64,000 nucleotides of DNA from Camelus dromedarius (Eukaryota): NCBI RefSeq assembly GCF_036321535.1, contig NC_087436.1, positions 9,548,001 through 9,612,000 on the forward strand. The letters are read 5' to 3'. The translations under genes and the position numbers were made by a program. The notes beneath the pieces are model-generated. The model did no database searches. It was not told the DNA's origin and worked only from the letters and a program-made list of their open reading frames with translations. Positions 49,850 to 62,761 of the stretch are shown piece by piece (position 1 is the stretch's first letter; each line of letters opens with the position of its first letter).

Positions 49850-51810
49850 AAAAAGAATTAACACCAATTCTTCTCAATCACTCCCAATAAATCCAAGAGG
49901 AGAAAATACTTCCTAATGTATTCTATAAGGTCAATAGTACCCTGACACAAAAGACAGACAGACATTGCAAGAAAAGAAAACTACATGAGAGTATCTCTTA
50001 TAAATAGAGATGCACAAATCCTCAAAAAATAGCAAACTGAACCCAGCAGCATAAGGATTATACATCATCACCCAGGGAAGTATGCACTGCTACTTCAACA
50101 TAGAAAAATCAATTAATAAAAGGCACTGTATTAATAGACTAAAGGGAAAGAATACATGATCATCTCAATAGATATAGAAAAAGCATTTGACAAAATCCTA
50201 TAGATTTTTGTTATAAAACACTTAAAGTATAAAGAGAAGAGAAATTTCTCAACCTGATAAAGGGTATATTTTATAGAAAACCCATAAATAACATCCTACT
50301 TAATGGTGAAAGAAAGTGTTTTTTGCTTAAGATTGGAAGATAAGAAGGTGTACTCTGCCATTTCTAAACAACATTGAGTGGAGGTTCTAATCAGGGCAAT
50401 CAGACAATAAAAATAAATAAAATGCTTTCATTTTAGAAGGGAAGAAGTTAGATCACCACTATGTGCAGAAGACATAATATTATACATAGAAAACCACAGT
50501 CACAAAAAATTATTAGAGTTAATAAATGAGTTAAGCAAAGTTGTAGGATACAAGAGTAATACACAAATATCCATTACATATATTTCTATGTTCTAGCAAA
50601 GAACAATCTGAAAATAAAATTAATAAAACTCTGTTTACAATAGCACCAACACAAAGGAGTTAGGAATAAATTTGAGCAAAGAAGTAAAAGTGCAAATGAA
50701 GCATTCTTCAGCAGACACTGTATTGTAGGTGTCATCCTTCCTACCCCTGGGTTAGGCAGGGCCTTCTTAGATATGACACACACACACAAAAATACAAAGC
50801 AACCAAAATAAAAAGAAATGAATTGGATTTTATCAAAGTTAAACTTTGCATATCAAAAGGAACTATCAAAATCTGAAAATACAACCCATGGAATAACAGA
50901 AAATATTCTCAAGTCACATACTGGAGAAAAGATTGTATCCAGATTATACAGAGAGCCCTGATCACTCAAAAACAAAAAGGCAAAACCCAATTAAAAAGTG
51001 AATAAATGATCCAGTTGACCTTATTTTAAAAAGATATAAAAACCACAATAAGCACATGAAAAGAAGTCCAGCACCATTAACCATTAGGGAAACGCAAATC
51101 AAAATCACACTAAGACACCACTTCTTAGCCACTAGGCTGGCTGTAACAAAAATGACAGATATCATCAAATACTGACAAGGATATGGAGACTTTGGGACCC
51201 TTACCCATCCCATGTAGGAATTTAACATGATACGGTCACCTGGGAGAACAGTTTGGCAGTTCCCAAAATGTTAAACGTACGGTTACCATAAGACAAAGCA
51301 ATTTCTAGATCTATACGTGAAAGAAATAAAAACACACATCCACACAAAAAATTTGTATGCAAATATTTCTAGAATTTCAGAAATGCTAAAAAGTGGACAC
51401 AAGCCAAAGGCCCACCAGCTGATGGATGAGCAAAGTGTGATGTATTCCTGTAATGAAACATGATTCAGTATTAAAAATGAAGTGTTGATCCATGCTACAA
51501 CATGGATCAACCTTAAAAATATTATGCTAAGGGGAAGAAGCTAGTTATGAAGGACGCATATTGTATGATTCTATCTATATGAAAGGTCCAAAATAGGCAA
51601 ATCTGTAGGAACAGTATTTCAATGATTGCTAGGGCATGAAGGGTTGTGGGGAGCAGGGAGTGGAGAGTGACTGCAAATGCATGAGAGGTATCCTTTTGAG
51701 GTGATGGAAATTTAAAATTGTGATCATGATTCACACCTCCCTGAAAATATTGAAAACCAATCAACTGTGCACTTGTGTGTGAAATATATCTCAATAAATC
51801 TGTTAATAAT
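49850..51810 (+). mobile_element. L1MB-like ORF2 3' part and 3' UTR
   Basis: atgatcatctcaatagatatagaaaaagcatttgacaaaatcc (RT-region remnant) through to tatatctcaataaatctgtt; frameshifted. Confidence 0.85.
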
Positions 51811-51814
51811 TGAA

Positions 51815-53390
51815 TTGAGCAGATTAACAAAAATAGAAGGAGAAAAATCAAATGCTCATATCTAGGGATCCAGGAAAGATTTGATCACATTCAACTGACA
51901 TTCATCAAAAAAAAAAAAAATCATAGCAAACTAAAAATGAAAATAATGACTACAAAAAGACTACCATCACCCTTAATTGTGAAATATACAATATTGCCCC
52001 TGGATTTTGGGAATGAGATAAGAATATTCTCTTCATCAATTAGATTCAACATTGTTTTGGAGATTTTGATACCTGCAATGAGGTAAGAAATGTAAGTAAA
52101 CTGCATAAGGATAAGAAAAGAAGTAATAAAATTGTCATTGTTTACATATAAAATAATTTTTTCTTTACAAAATCCAAAGAAATCTGTGGAAAAACTATTA
52201 GAATTGCTAAGAGACTTATGCAAAATCTCTGGATACATAGTTAGCATACAAGATAATATATAAAAATAAATGAATTTCTACATTCCAACAAGTACAACAG
52301 GAAATTCGTAAAACTGTCAATTTCAATAGCATCGAAACATCAAATATGTCAAAATAAAACTGATGAAAATATTCAAGGCTTCTACACTGAGAACTATGAA
52401 GCATTGGTGAGAAAATTTAAATAACCTAAATATGTAAAGGGATTATACTGTGTCCATGAATTGGAAGGTTCAGTATGATGGGTAACTCTCCCTAATATTT
52501 TTTCTATGGGTTCAATAGAAAATGTACAAATAAATCATATGACTCAATAAGAAAAAAAGCAGAAAACTCATTAGAAAAATGAACAGACTTGCACTGGATC
52601 TTTATAATAATGTATATCCAAATGGACAACAAACAATTAAAAAGTTGCTCACCTTCATTAGACCTCAGAGAAATAAAAAATAAACCACAATAAAATACCA
52701 CTACCTAACTCCCCATCAGAAAATGGCTAAAGTTAAAAAATCCTGTACTAGAGGAAAGTGTTGGCAAGGGTTAAACTCTCGCACTGTGCTAGGGAGAGCA
52801 CGAGTGCTCTGGTTATGTGTTTAGCACTGTCTAATGAGGAGTCATGTGCACTTTATCACCCAGTAATTCTAGGTGATCAATCATCAAAAAGGCATTTACA
52901 CACTCAGCAGGTGCTCAGTGCTAGGCTAGACGTTTTATAGCAGAACTACACATAACAGCGCCAAGTTTTAAACTTCCCAACTGTCCAACGACAGAGAATA
53001 GATATGTAAATGGTGATGTGTTCAAATGTTGCATGTGATGCAGCAAGAAAAATTTTTAGACTACAATTTCCTACACCACTATGGATGAACCGCATAACTG
53101 AAGCTTTGAATAATAAAGGCCAGGCACAAAAGAAGCCGTATTACATTTATATAAGGTTCAAAAATTACTGAAATTTGTCTTTGGTTTTAGATGATGTCAT
53201 AGCGGTGACTTTTAGGGGAAGAAAAGAAACTAGAAGGAAGTACTTCTAGGGTAGGGAGATAAGAACAGTGTTTATTGTCCTAGTTTTGCTTACATGTCTA
53301 AATAGAGTCAAAAATTGATCAAGCTATACAATTTATTTGTATACTTTTTTCTAAGCAAGTTGTTCCTTAACAAATAATTTACAAACAAGC
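51815..53390 (+). mobile_element. L1ME-like ORF2 and 3' UTR remnant
   Basis: gaaaatccaaagaaatctgtggaaaaactattagaa..., aaaatggctaaagttaaaaa. Confidence 0.75.
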
Positions 53391-55761
53391 ATAGCAATGT
53401 GAGTCAACATATATTTGGTTTTAAAAAACAAAAATACTGTGTTGTGCCTGGAATATAGGAAAAATATTCTGAAAAGAATGCAAAACCAGAACATAATCCA
53501 AACTAGAAGAATTTAACAATAAAAAAGGAAAAAGTTTACATCCAGTTCATTTGTCCAAAACTTTGAAAATCCCATCCATAATGTTATTTAAAAATCAGGA
53601 TAATGAATTGCCTGTTTTTTAGAACCTCTTTTTCTTCCCTGAGCTCTCAGGGATGCTCGGCATTGACCAATGTCTGCAAATTATTCCAGTACCATGTAAT
53701 ATAAATTGAACAAGCCTTGAAGGTGAATCAATTTTTAAAAGCAACCGTGCTCTTTCCTAATGACTCTTCACCTTTCAGACAGCAGCTCTTTCCTTGAATT
53801 CTTTGTACTCTATCTCTAGGTTTGAAGAGAAATTCTCTTTTATTTAGAAGATGGAAATAAAATAAGGTTTGATTTTTTTTCTTTGATCTTCAGCCTTGTT
53901 TCTAATCAGTAAATCAATAGGTTCCTGGTTCATTCTAACATTAAAGATATGTTTTTAATTAAGGAAAGTACTTTTTTCCTTGAGTTTCAGCTCATTTTCT
54001 CAGTGAAAGATTTTACTGGGACAGGCTTCTTGGGTTTATGTTCCTCTTGCATTTTTATTTATTTACTGTTCTTCTAACGGTCCTAATATAGTATTATAGT
54101 TTCCTGAATGCAACAACTTAAGTTTTTACTTAAGAAAACAGTATATTAAGATTTTTAGTATAATAATAAAAATATAAGAAAAATTCTCAAATTTTGGAGT
54201 AAAAATGATTGCAAAAAAAGCATATCAATGAATATTTCTGATCAAATAAAATCTTTTCTGGGCTTCCAGGTAAATCAATAAAGTTTGGTCATTGAAGTCA
54301 GATGATTTGCCAATCAATAAAAAAAAATATCCTAGGCAACTGAACTGGTTCAGGACACCCGTGAAAATTTATTGCTAGATATATACAAAGAAAATATTGT
54401 CTTTCAGTTCCTACACTCAAGCTTATTCCTGGGATAAAGATGATAGAAGCATTTGTTCTGATGATCACAGACTATGCTGTAATACCAAAATACTCAGAAC
54501 TATTCTTTTTGTGTTAAGCCCTTCAAGCTATTCTGTTTTCTTGTCCCTCTCTTAAACTTTGTAAAGATTAATAATCACTGTCTATCATATTTATAGCATA
54601 ATACCTGATGAACTGAGCAAATTTATTCTCAGATGTAATTTTTAACACCCAGCTAATCAGCCTGTGGCATCAAAATTATTTTAGTAATTTATGTTGATCT
54701 CACTAGAACGGCCTGAGATGCTGCAGCCAGAGACTTCTGAATGTGCTCCTGTAAAGTCAGAATCAGCATCCATTCCTTGAAGAAAATGAGTGAATTTTTG
54801 ATTATGTTTCATCTTCTTTTTAAATAAATGAATACACCTTGCTTTAACTACTCTTTATTTGGCATCTATTGTCACATCAAGTATATTGTCATTACTCTTC
54901 ATAATTTTTTGTAATTTGTCCATTGCATATTTTTTCTCAATTGCAACACAGTCCTCATCTGTTAACTCTGACAGTTTTCTGTTCTTTAACAGAATATTAA
55001 TCCTTATATCTGCTCCTTTTCCTGTCAATCCGTCTCCTTTTTTCCAGGAACATTCTTAGTCCATAAATGAGAATGCTAAGATACCAGTAGTAGGGTGTGA
55101 AGGTTTTTGTTTGTTTGTTTTTGTTGTGGTGGTTGTTTTTCACTTGTAGCAAGATATATGAATGGATCTAGCTTCAGAATGTCACAGGGTTCCCCTAGTG
55201 ACAAATACAGACTTGGAAACCAGCAGTTAGCTAAGTCAAGTCAGGGACTGTGAATTAGACCAAGGCAATTAGCCTTGATCTGACTGCCTATCTTGTGTTT
55301 TGCCTACATTGTTCTTTCATTCCCATGACAAACAACTAATAACTATTACATGAAGCTGAGTAGTTTGCAGTCATTCTCTCCTCTTATCTCCTTATTTCAG
55401 AAATTAAATTGCCTCCTATACATTTAAAATTGTAATGTGAGATAAAAAATGAAAGAACTGGTAAGGCATTATGTCCTCTGGTATTATAATAAATCATCCT
55501 GTCTTATTCTAATTTAAAGATACATTTTGCTAAAACAAAAAAAGAGGGGCTTTGTAACATGTTGCGATTTTTGTAGTAATACTGCCATATATCTTCCCTA
55601 AGAACAGCAGTGATAAATGTTCATTCAAATAAATTAATATCATATTTTTCTATTAATTAGAGCATCAAGTTCAAAATGTGAGTGAACGGAATATTCTACA
55701 TAAGGAGAACCAATGTACATATGGGAGCAAATAGTCATTGAGAAGCTTCTTGCTCTCAATG

Positions 55762-56015
55762 TATACACACGTGTGTGTGTGTGTGTGTATATATATAAAA
55801 TATATTTTACATATATTTAGTCTTCAGCCTGATACACATATATATTTCCATATATAATATTTCCATTTATATATGTATATATGACTATATATAAAATATA
55901 TATTTATACATATTTAATCTTCAGCCTGATATGCACATATATTTCCATATATAATATTTTCATATATTATATACAGTATATATATTATATATAATGTATA
56001 ATAATAATAATATTT

Positions 56016-56049
<34 letters not shown>
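55762..56049. repeat. Compound (GT)n/(AT)n/(AC)n microsatellite with an internal 97-bp duplication
   Basis: (GT)9 at 55771, (AT)10(AC)6 at 56017-56048; tcttcagcctgata at 55821 and 55918. Confidence 0.92.
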
Positions 56050-56659
56050 AAACAAAATTTCATAGAAAAATAAGGGGAACATTTTCCTAACTTATCAAGA
56101 TATAAATATTTATATCTTGTTTTACTCTGAAAAATCCCTGAGGTCCATGATACTATGAAATAAAAAAATCAGAAACTTAAAAGCATTGCCATCAAAGATG
56201 AAAATCAAAACAAGACTCTATTTCTCCTGGCTTCATGGCTGTTTTGTTTCAATGTGTCAACTTCTTTTCCAATATTAAAAACACCTATTTAAAAGGTTGG
56301 CAAAATATTTCTTTGGCTCTAATTGATCAATTTTCTCTTGCCCAATGCATTTAATTCCTACTGGAGCCATTAATAGTTTCATGAATGAGAGAATTAGATT
56401 TGTTTCATATTGTATCCTAAAGAATCATTTTGTCAGAATGAATGACCCTCATATTACCCTATACGTAGACATTTAACTCTGAAAAAAGCGGTATTAATCT
56501 TGGACATCTCTGATGATATTTTCATCCCATTCAAAGCATCTATTTTTGTGATATGCTATTTCAAAGAGGCCAGATAGATTGCACTATACTTGAAACTCAC
56601 TACATCTTTTAGTCTATCCGGTGCGCTGAAGATTGTTGTCAGGTGTTTTCGCACAACTT

Positions 56660-57010
56660 GAGATTTACATGTTGGCTAAAACGTCCATGTGGCCATTTCT
56701 CCAGCATACAAGGCATCACAAAATCTAGTCAAAATGAAGCCATCTCAAACCCAATGCTTTGAAATGTGAGTTCCCGTTCACTTGCTTATACATTCGTGAG
56801 TTTCATTAATGGTCTATCGGCCGTCCAGACTGAAAACAGTTCAACGCAACTGAACTTTCAATCAGGAGAGTTGGAATAATCACTTGCTCTAACAGCAGTT
56901 GGCTGTCTTCTTCTATAGTCAAACCCAGTCAACCGTAAACTCTTAAAATGTTTAAGTAGGTCACAGCCGTTTGATGCTTCCTGTTGCTAAGGTTATAATT
57001 TATCCCAAAA
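56660..57010 (+). mobile_element. Degraded L2-like fragment
   Basis: aggcatcacaaaatctagtcaaaatgaagc...ttcattaatggtc resembles L2 aggcatctcaaacttaacatgtccaaaactgaactc; highly diverged. Confidence 0.45.
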
Positions 57011-58164
57011 TATCATGTATAGAAGTGATTTAAAGTAAACTGTTTCCTGGGCATTTTGCTTGAATATAATAACCTTTCTAAAACTCATGATTGAAAACCA
57101 TTGTTTACCAAAACCATGATGGTAATGCTGTGTCCTTCTTTGTCCAGGTGAAGCAGGCTATAATATGTTCAAGATGCTTCTATGTCCTTATGTATCTTTT
57201 GGAGTAAATATACATAGGAGAGAGGTGATTAGACAGGCTTCCTGACCCTGGCTAGTTCTCAACAAGGGGTAGACAATGCCAGGCTGCTGAAAAACAGGAC
57301 ATTGTCTCTTATCCCACAGCTGGCTCTGTGATTCCAAGGACACTGCCACATGACTGGACGTTTTATGTTCCACAATCGCTGTATCAGTCCCAAGGACACA
57401 CCCCGGTACCTCTTTCCTTGTTCCTTTCCCCTCTGAAGTATCTGTTTTAGGGCTGAGTTCCATGGGAGGAAAGAGCCCATAACAGAAGGTGACTGGTAAC
57501 ACCAGAATGAAGATAATGTTGGCAAAACCCATCAGTAAAAAACCCTACATCCCGCTAAGCTGACAGCTTTCTTCTTTTCCTCTTTGGAACGATTAAGCTG
57601 CCTTTCACATTGTCCCGCTGCCCTTGTGGAGAATTCTTTCTCAGCCTGTCGGTAAGGACCACACATTTGGTGGGCTTTCCAACTGGTCAGGAGTTCTTTC
57701 TATTTACTAACAAATATCTTCCTGATCATGGAAAACAAAAGCTTTATTTTGGTCTTTTATCTATAAAGCAGATAAAATATAAAATACACTTTAATAAAGT
57801 TAATGGCTTCATTTGTGCAGGATTTCTTTAGCTGACTTGATTATAAGGATAATTTGGGCTTTTGTTTAAAGTCCAAACCCCTTCATCCTTCAGAGCCTGG
57901 GAAATGGTCTAGAAATTTGTATTTTTAATAAATACTATCAGGGATTTGGGAGGAAATGCTGCACTAAGGGGCAAGTAAGCTTCAACATCGTAGATAAAAT
58001 ATGCCAAACATTAAGCCTGGACCCTGGTACAACTCAGGTAAATTGAGTCATTGTACATGAAATCCTTGGAGGATAGCTTGAAGGCAGGCGTGACAAGCCC
58101 AGAAACGGAGGCACAAGTCCGAGGGTGAGAGGGTAGATAGTTAAATCCTTTACGTCCCCACTTT

Positions 58165-58344
58165 CAAAGTAGTTCTCAATTTAACTGTGTGATAGAATTT
58201 ACTGAGAACTTTGAAAATCATGATGCCCCTGCCATAAAAGAGAACAATTAAATCAGCATTTCTGGAGGAGGTACCTACTAGGCAGCAGAAGCTTTGAAAC
58301 CTCCCCACGTGATTTTAATGCGCAGCCGAAATGGACAACTCCTG
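58165..58344 (+). mobile_element. MER5A-like hAT-Charlie DNA transposon
   Basis: gtagttctcaa...caattaaatcagcatttctgg...ctccccacgtgattttaatgcgcagccgaaatggacaactcctg. Confidence 0.8.
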
Positions 58345-58499
58345 CCTTAAAGGTTAGTTGGTGAGCGCTGCATCCGGTGTGAACCAAGGTCAGCTTCAGT
58401 ATCTGACCTCATGCAGACTGGGCAAAGCTAGTAAACCTCGTTTTCATTTCTGGGTCATTGCACAAACCTAGGAACCCCACAGTTCCAAGTCAGTGAATT

Positions 58500-61400
58500 T
58501 CAGTAAGCACATTTCTTCCATATTGATTTATGTGTAGGTATCTTTCTAAGCTCTGTTATTAATTCAAATATCTTTTCCGTCTACTGTTCGGGGTTTTCTT
58601 TGGAGATAAGCATATTATCTGCAAATAACGAGAATATAGTTTCTTCCTTTCAAATGCTTATTCTTTCTGATTGATTTAATTGTCTTTATTGTGGACATAG
58701 CTATGACCTTTCAGCTCAGTAGTGTCTGGAAACAGTGATATTAAGTACCTTTGCCTAGTTTCTGATTTTAAAGAGACCGCATGTGATGTTTCATATTAAG
58801 ATTAAGGTTTTTGGTTGATTCACTCTATCAAATTAAAGAAATATCCTTCTGTTCCTATTTTACCAAGGAATTGTAATCATCTACTGAGACGTCTCTGCTT
58901 ACATACTGTGGACATCCATCGCATCCTTGATTTCCATTTCCTTAATTTACATTTTGTATTTACTCTCATTGTCCTCCACGTTGTTTGAGTTTATTCTTTT
59001 ATTACATTTCCAACTAATGCAGTTGGAATTTTAGTTTATTAAACATTGATTTTTTTCTATTTGTTAATTGTAAGCATGTATGACTATGAAATTTCTTTAA
59101 TGTACTAATACCATACCTGTTTTTATGTTAATATTTGCCTTTACATTTAGTTACAACTCTTCAACCCACGAATAATTTAAAACATGACTTAAAAATGCAA
59201 ACATGTATTTTCAGCTTTTTAAATTTTTGTTTGTTTGATTTAATTTTCATTAAGGAAAATTTCAAATACATAATAAAGAGAAAATAGTAACCATGCACCC
59301 ATTACTGGGCTTAAACAACTAATGGCCATTGTATTTTATTCTGCATGTATCCAACCACTCCCTCCCCACAACCTAACACCTATAGAATATTTTAAAAGAA
59401 AAGCATACATCATAACTTCTAATATGTAAATACTTTAGTAAAACATAAGCATACTTTCCTTTAAACATAAAAAGAATACATTAACACAACTAAAGTAAAA
59501 ATTAGCAATAATCACTTAAAGTTACAAAACATTCAGTTACTGTTCAGATTCCCCTGGTTTTATTATACTTTTATAGTTGGTGTGTTCAATTCAGAATAAA
59601 AACAAGCTCCACACTTTACATGTGATGAATATGCTTATGATGTATTCAATCTATAGGCTCTGCCTCTATAAAAAAAAAAAAAAAAGAAAACTTTTCCATT
59701 TGCTAAACAAATGCTTTGTAAAATTTCCCACGTTACAGATTTTGCAAATTGCACCCATAAGGCGCCCATTTGTGATGTCCTATATTTCAGGTACACTTTT
59801 GGTAGATGAAATTCAGGTTCAATTTTTTGGAATAATAAACGTGGTACCATATATATCTTAGAGTATCACGTGAAATGTGATTCTGATGACCTCTCACTCA
59901 CTAACATTAGGATTTATCAGGGTTCTCAGCAGTCTTTCACATAAAGGCATTGGCAGCCACGGAAGATCATTGCCTTGATTTACTGTTTCATCAGGGCTTA
60001 CAAATTGGTGCTATTCAGTTATATGAGGCCTTCTGTACTTAGTTTCTGAAATTCTTCTCTAGAAAAAATAACATATCTCATCAAATAAATTAGGTTATTT
60101 TAATTTGTAGATCTAGGTGGAACAGCTAAATATAGATAAGGTTGCCTTCCCTTCATTTAGCAGTTTGAAATCAAACCCAAATGAGAACAAAGTTATATTA
60201 CAGTTTTTCATTTACTATTATCAAGAATTCAAAGATTTTTCATATATTTGTTGCCTTTCATTCTATCATAGGTTTCATTCTTTTTAATGTTCAAATTGGC
60301 CTGTATTTGTTACCGGGAGCCCCTTCAATGTGTCTTTTAATATGACCCGATAGTCTCTGCTTTTCACTTTTATATTCAGTAAAATATGCCAAGTTCATCT
60401 CACATGTTTTCTTTCACAGGTCTCAAGTTACATATTTCTGCTGTCTACTTCCCTTTAGTGGAAAATGTCATTTATAGGAGGGGTGCCCACTATGATCAGA
60501 TGGCTTATTTAGAAAACATACTTTGTGAGTTTACCAGTATTGACAAGCCTAGTTTAGGATTTGAAAAAATACAGTGTTTTTATTAAGTTCTTTGAGCCAG
60601 TTTCTCTTACACCTACATTTGTGGTTCCCAATAACTTTAACACAAATTCTTGCTTGTCTTATCCACATACCATTCATTTTATATTTATATTTCAAATACT
60701 TGGCATTATATTATTCTCCAAAACTACATTTTATGTATAGTTTTATGTATAATATATACAATTTGAAAACAGTGATTCCAATGTTATTACTACTAGTATC
60801 ATTATTGAAAACAGCTTAACGTGTATTTGTGTATTTTAACATTAACTTTTATTCTACTGTGTATGTTGAATATACTACTATTTTAAAGTAGCTGGAAATA
60901 ATTCTTATCTATAAAATTCAACCATAATATGTTAATCATAATTATGTTAAAGTCTCTATTTCCAATATCTAGGTCAAATCCATGTCTGGTTTTATTGACT
61001 GTTTTTCCTCTTGACAATGGGTAATTTTTTCATGTGTTTTGGTGTGTCTCATAGTTTTTATTAAATATTGGGCATTGTCTATAAATAGAGTAGAGATTGA
61101 GGTAAGCAGTTTTAATGCGTGGAAATGGGCACACCTCTTTCTGACATTTGGTGAATGGGAGTGGTTGAGTCAGTCTAGTGAATGGCTGAGCTGAGTTTCG
61201 TGAACCATGGACATCAAATTGCTCCAGAGATGGGATGTTGCTGCTTTGTGCTTATCGCAGGTCTTGGGATCCTGAGAGTTTTTAGTCAGTGTTTTTACTC
61301 CACCTTCAGCTTTCAGCACGCAGGTGTGTGTGACACAGTTGAAGAAGTTTGACATAAGCCCAGAGGTCAATTACTATTGCTTCTAGCTTGACGAAAAGCT

Positions 61401-61680
61401 CATGATTGGGACCAGGTAGCTTGCCTGGTTCTTCTGCCCCAGCTACAGACTTAGAGAGCCCATATGTGCTCTTGCCTCAAGAACGGGGCTCCTTGCTACT
61501 GACCCTTCTCCCGTGGCAGCTGAATTCTACTTTGGGTATGTGAATTATTTTGGGAGGAGCCCTTAAGTTGGAGCAAGTGTCCTGTTCCTCCCTCAACTGT
61601 TGCATCTCTCTGCTTTCCATCAGTGCAGGATTCTTGGGGAGAAAGGGCTTTACCTTTCCCTCCCCAGCAGATGGCTTTTT
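58500..61680 (-). mobile_element. Mosaic of old antisense L1 fragments (ORF2, L1MC-like 3' UTR, 5' end)
   Basis: catattatctgcaaataacgagaatatagtttcttcc (ORF2); ggaaaatttcaaatacataataaagag...gggagccccttcaa (3' UTR); 5'-end-like text at 60960-61680. Confidence 0.65.
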
Positions 61681-62159
61681 TATTTCAAATTTTTATTTTA
61701 AACCTGTGGTTAGATGTTAATAACATGGCTACTTTCAGCTGCAATTTGGTTTGACAAATGTAGTACTTACTTTAAACAGTTAAAGAACAGGATTTTACTA
61801 GTAGTAAAGAAGTAGAAAATAAAAACTGGAATAGTCAACCAGCTGTGCCGGCAAAAAATCCTGTGTTAGGCACCTATAAACATAACACAAAATAAAATTA
61901 TTTCATTTTAATTTTTATGAAATCTTTCAAGTAAATGTTATTTAATTCTTTTAACAACCGCGTGGAACAGAAAGACAGTCCTCGACCCCGAGTTTTTGGG
62001 ATTCACATTATAAACCCCAGCCTCAGAAATTCTCTGAGATGCCTAAGACAACACTATTTTTAAAGGCAGAATTACATAATCTTTCTCTAGGGATATATGT
62101 AAAGTGCATTAAATTAGGTTACATAAAAGCTGAGATTTTTCTGATTTTTCCGTGTAATA

Positions 62160-62410
62160 GTTCTACGACCTTATGCCTCTCTGAGCCTCAATCCTTGCAG
62201 CTAAAAATAAGCACTACAATTCTTAAAACTTTGAATTGCAAATGAGAAAAAAAGCAGGAAAAGGGCTCTGACAACCAGAGAGTAGGGAAGAGCAGTATGT
62301 GATGGGGCGACAGGGCACGTCCATCTGCTGTGAGTTATTACAATAAGTAACGTGTGAAATACCGCGCACACATTGTGAGAGTGTTGTTGGCAATTGATAA
62401 ATATTTGTTA
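62160..62410 (+). mobile_element. MIR fragments
   Basis: cctctctgagcctcaatccttgcagctaaaa...; tgataaatatttgtt. Confidence 0.55.
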
Positions 62411-62423
62411 AAAACCCAAAGTG

Positions 62424-62761
62424 TGAATGTTTGTAGTAGGTATGGTACTTTGTGTTTATAAATGTGCTTTCTGCTTTGCATTTTCATGTAAATGGACTGG
62501 TTAGCCTCAGGGAGCCACTTGCCCCAGGGCTGTGGGCAGGTGCTGTTAAATCCATCAGCCAGCTAGGCTTCTTGAATAAAGCAACCCATTAAGCCAATCA
62601 GATAACTTCCTTGCTTTGCTTCCTGGTCAATTGTACAAAAGCCTTTTCCTCATCTCCTGCTGATGGAGAGCTCCTAGCCATTTTCTGTTACCCGATTCAA
62701 ATTCATGTCTGCTCAAATAAATTATTCAAAATTGTAATGCACGTTAGTTCAACTTTTAACA
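62424..62761 (+). mobile_element. ERV1 LTR, MER34/MER39-like (5' boundary uncertain)
   Basis: agccaatcag, and 3' end cccgattca...gctcaaataaatt...acttttaaca. Confidence 0.65.
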
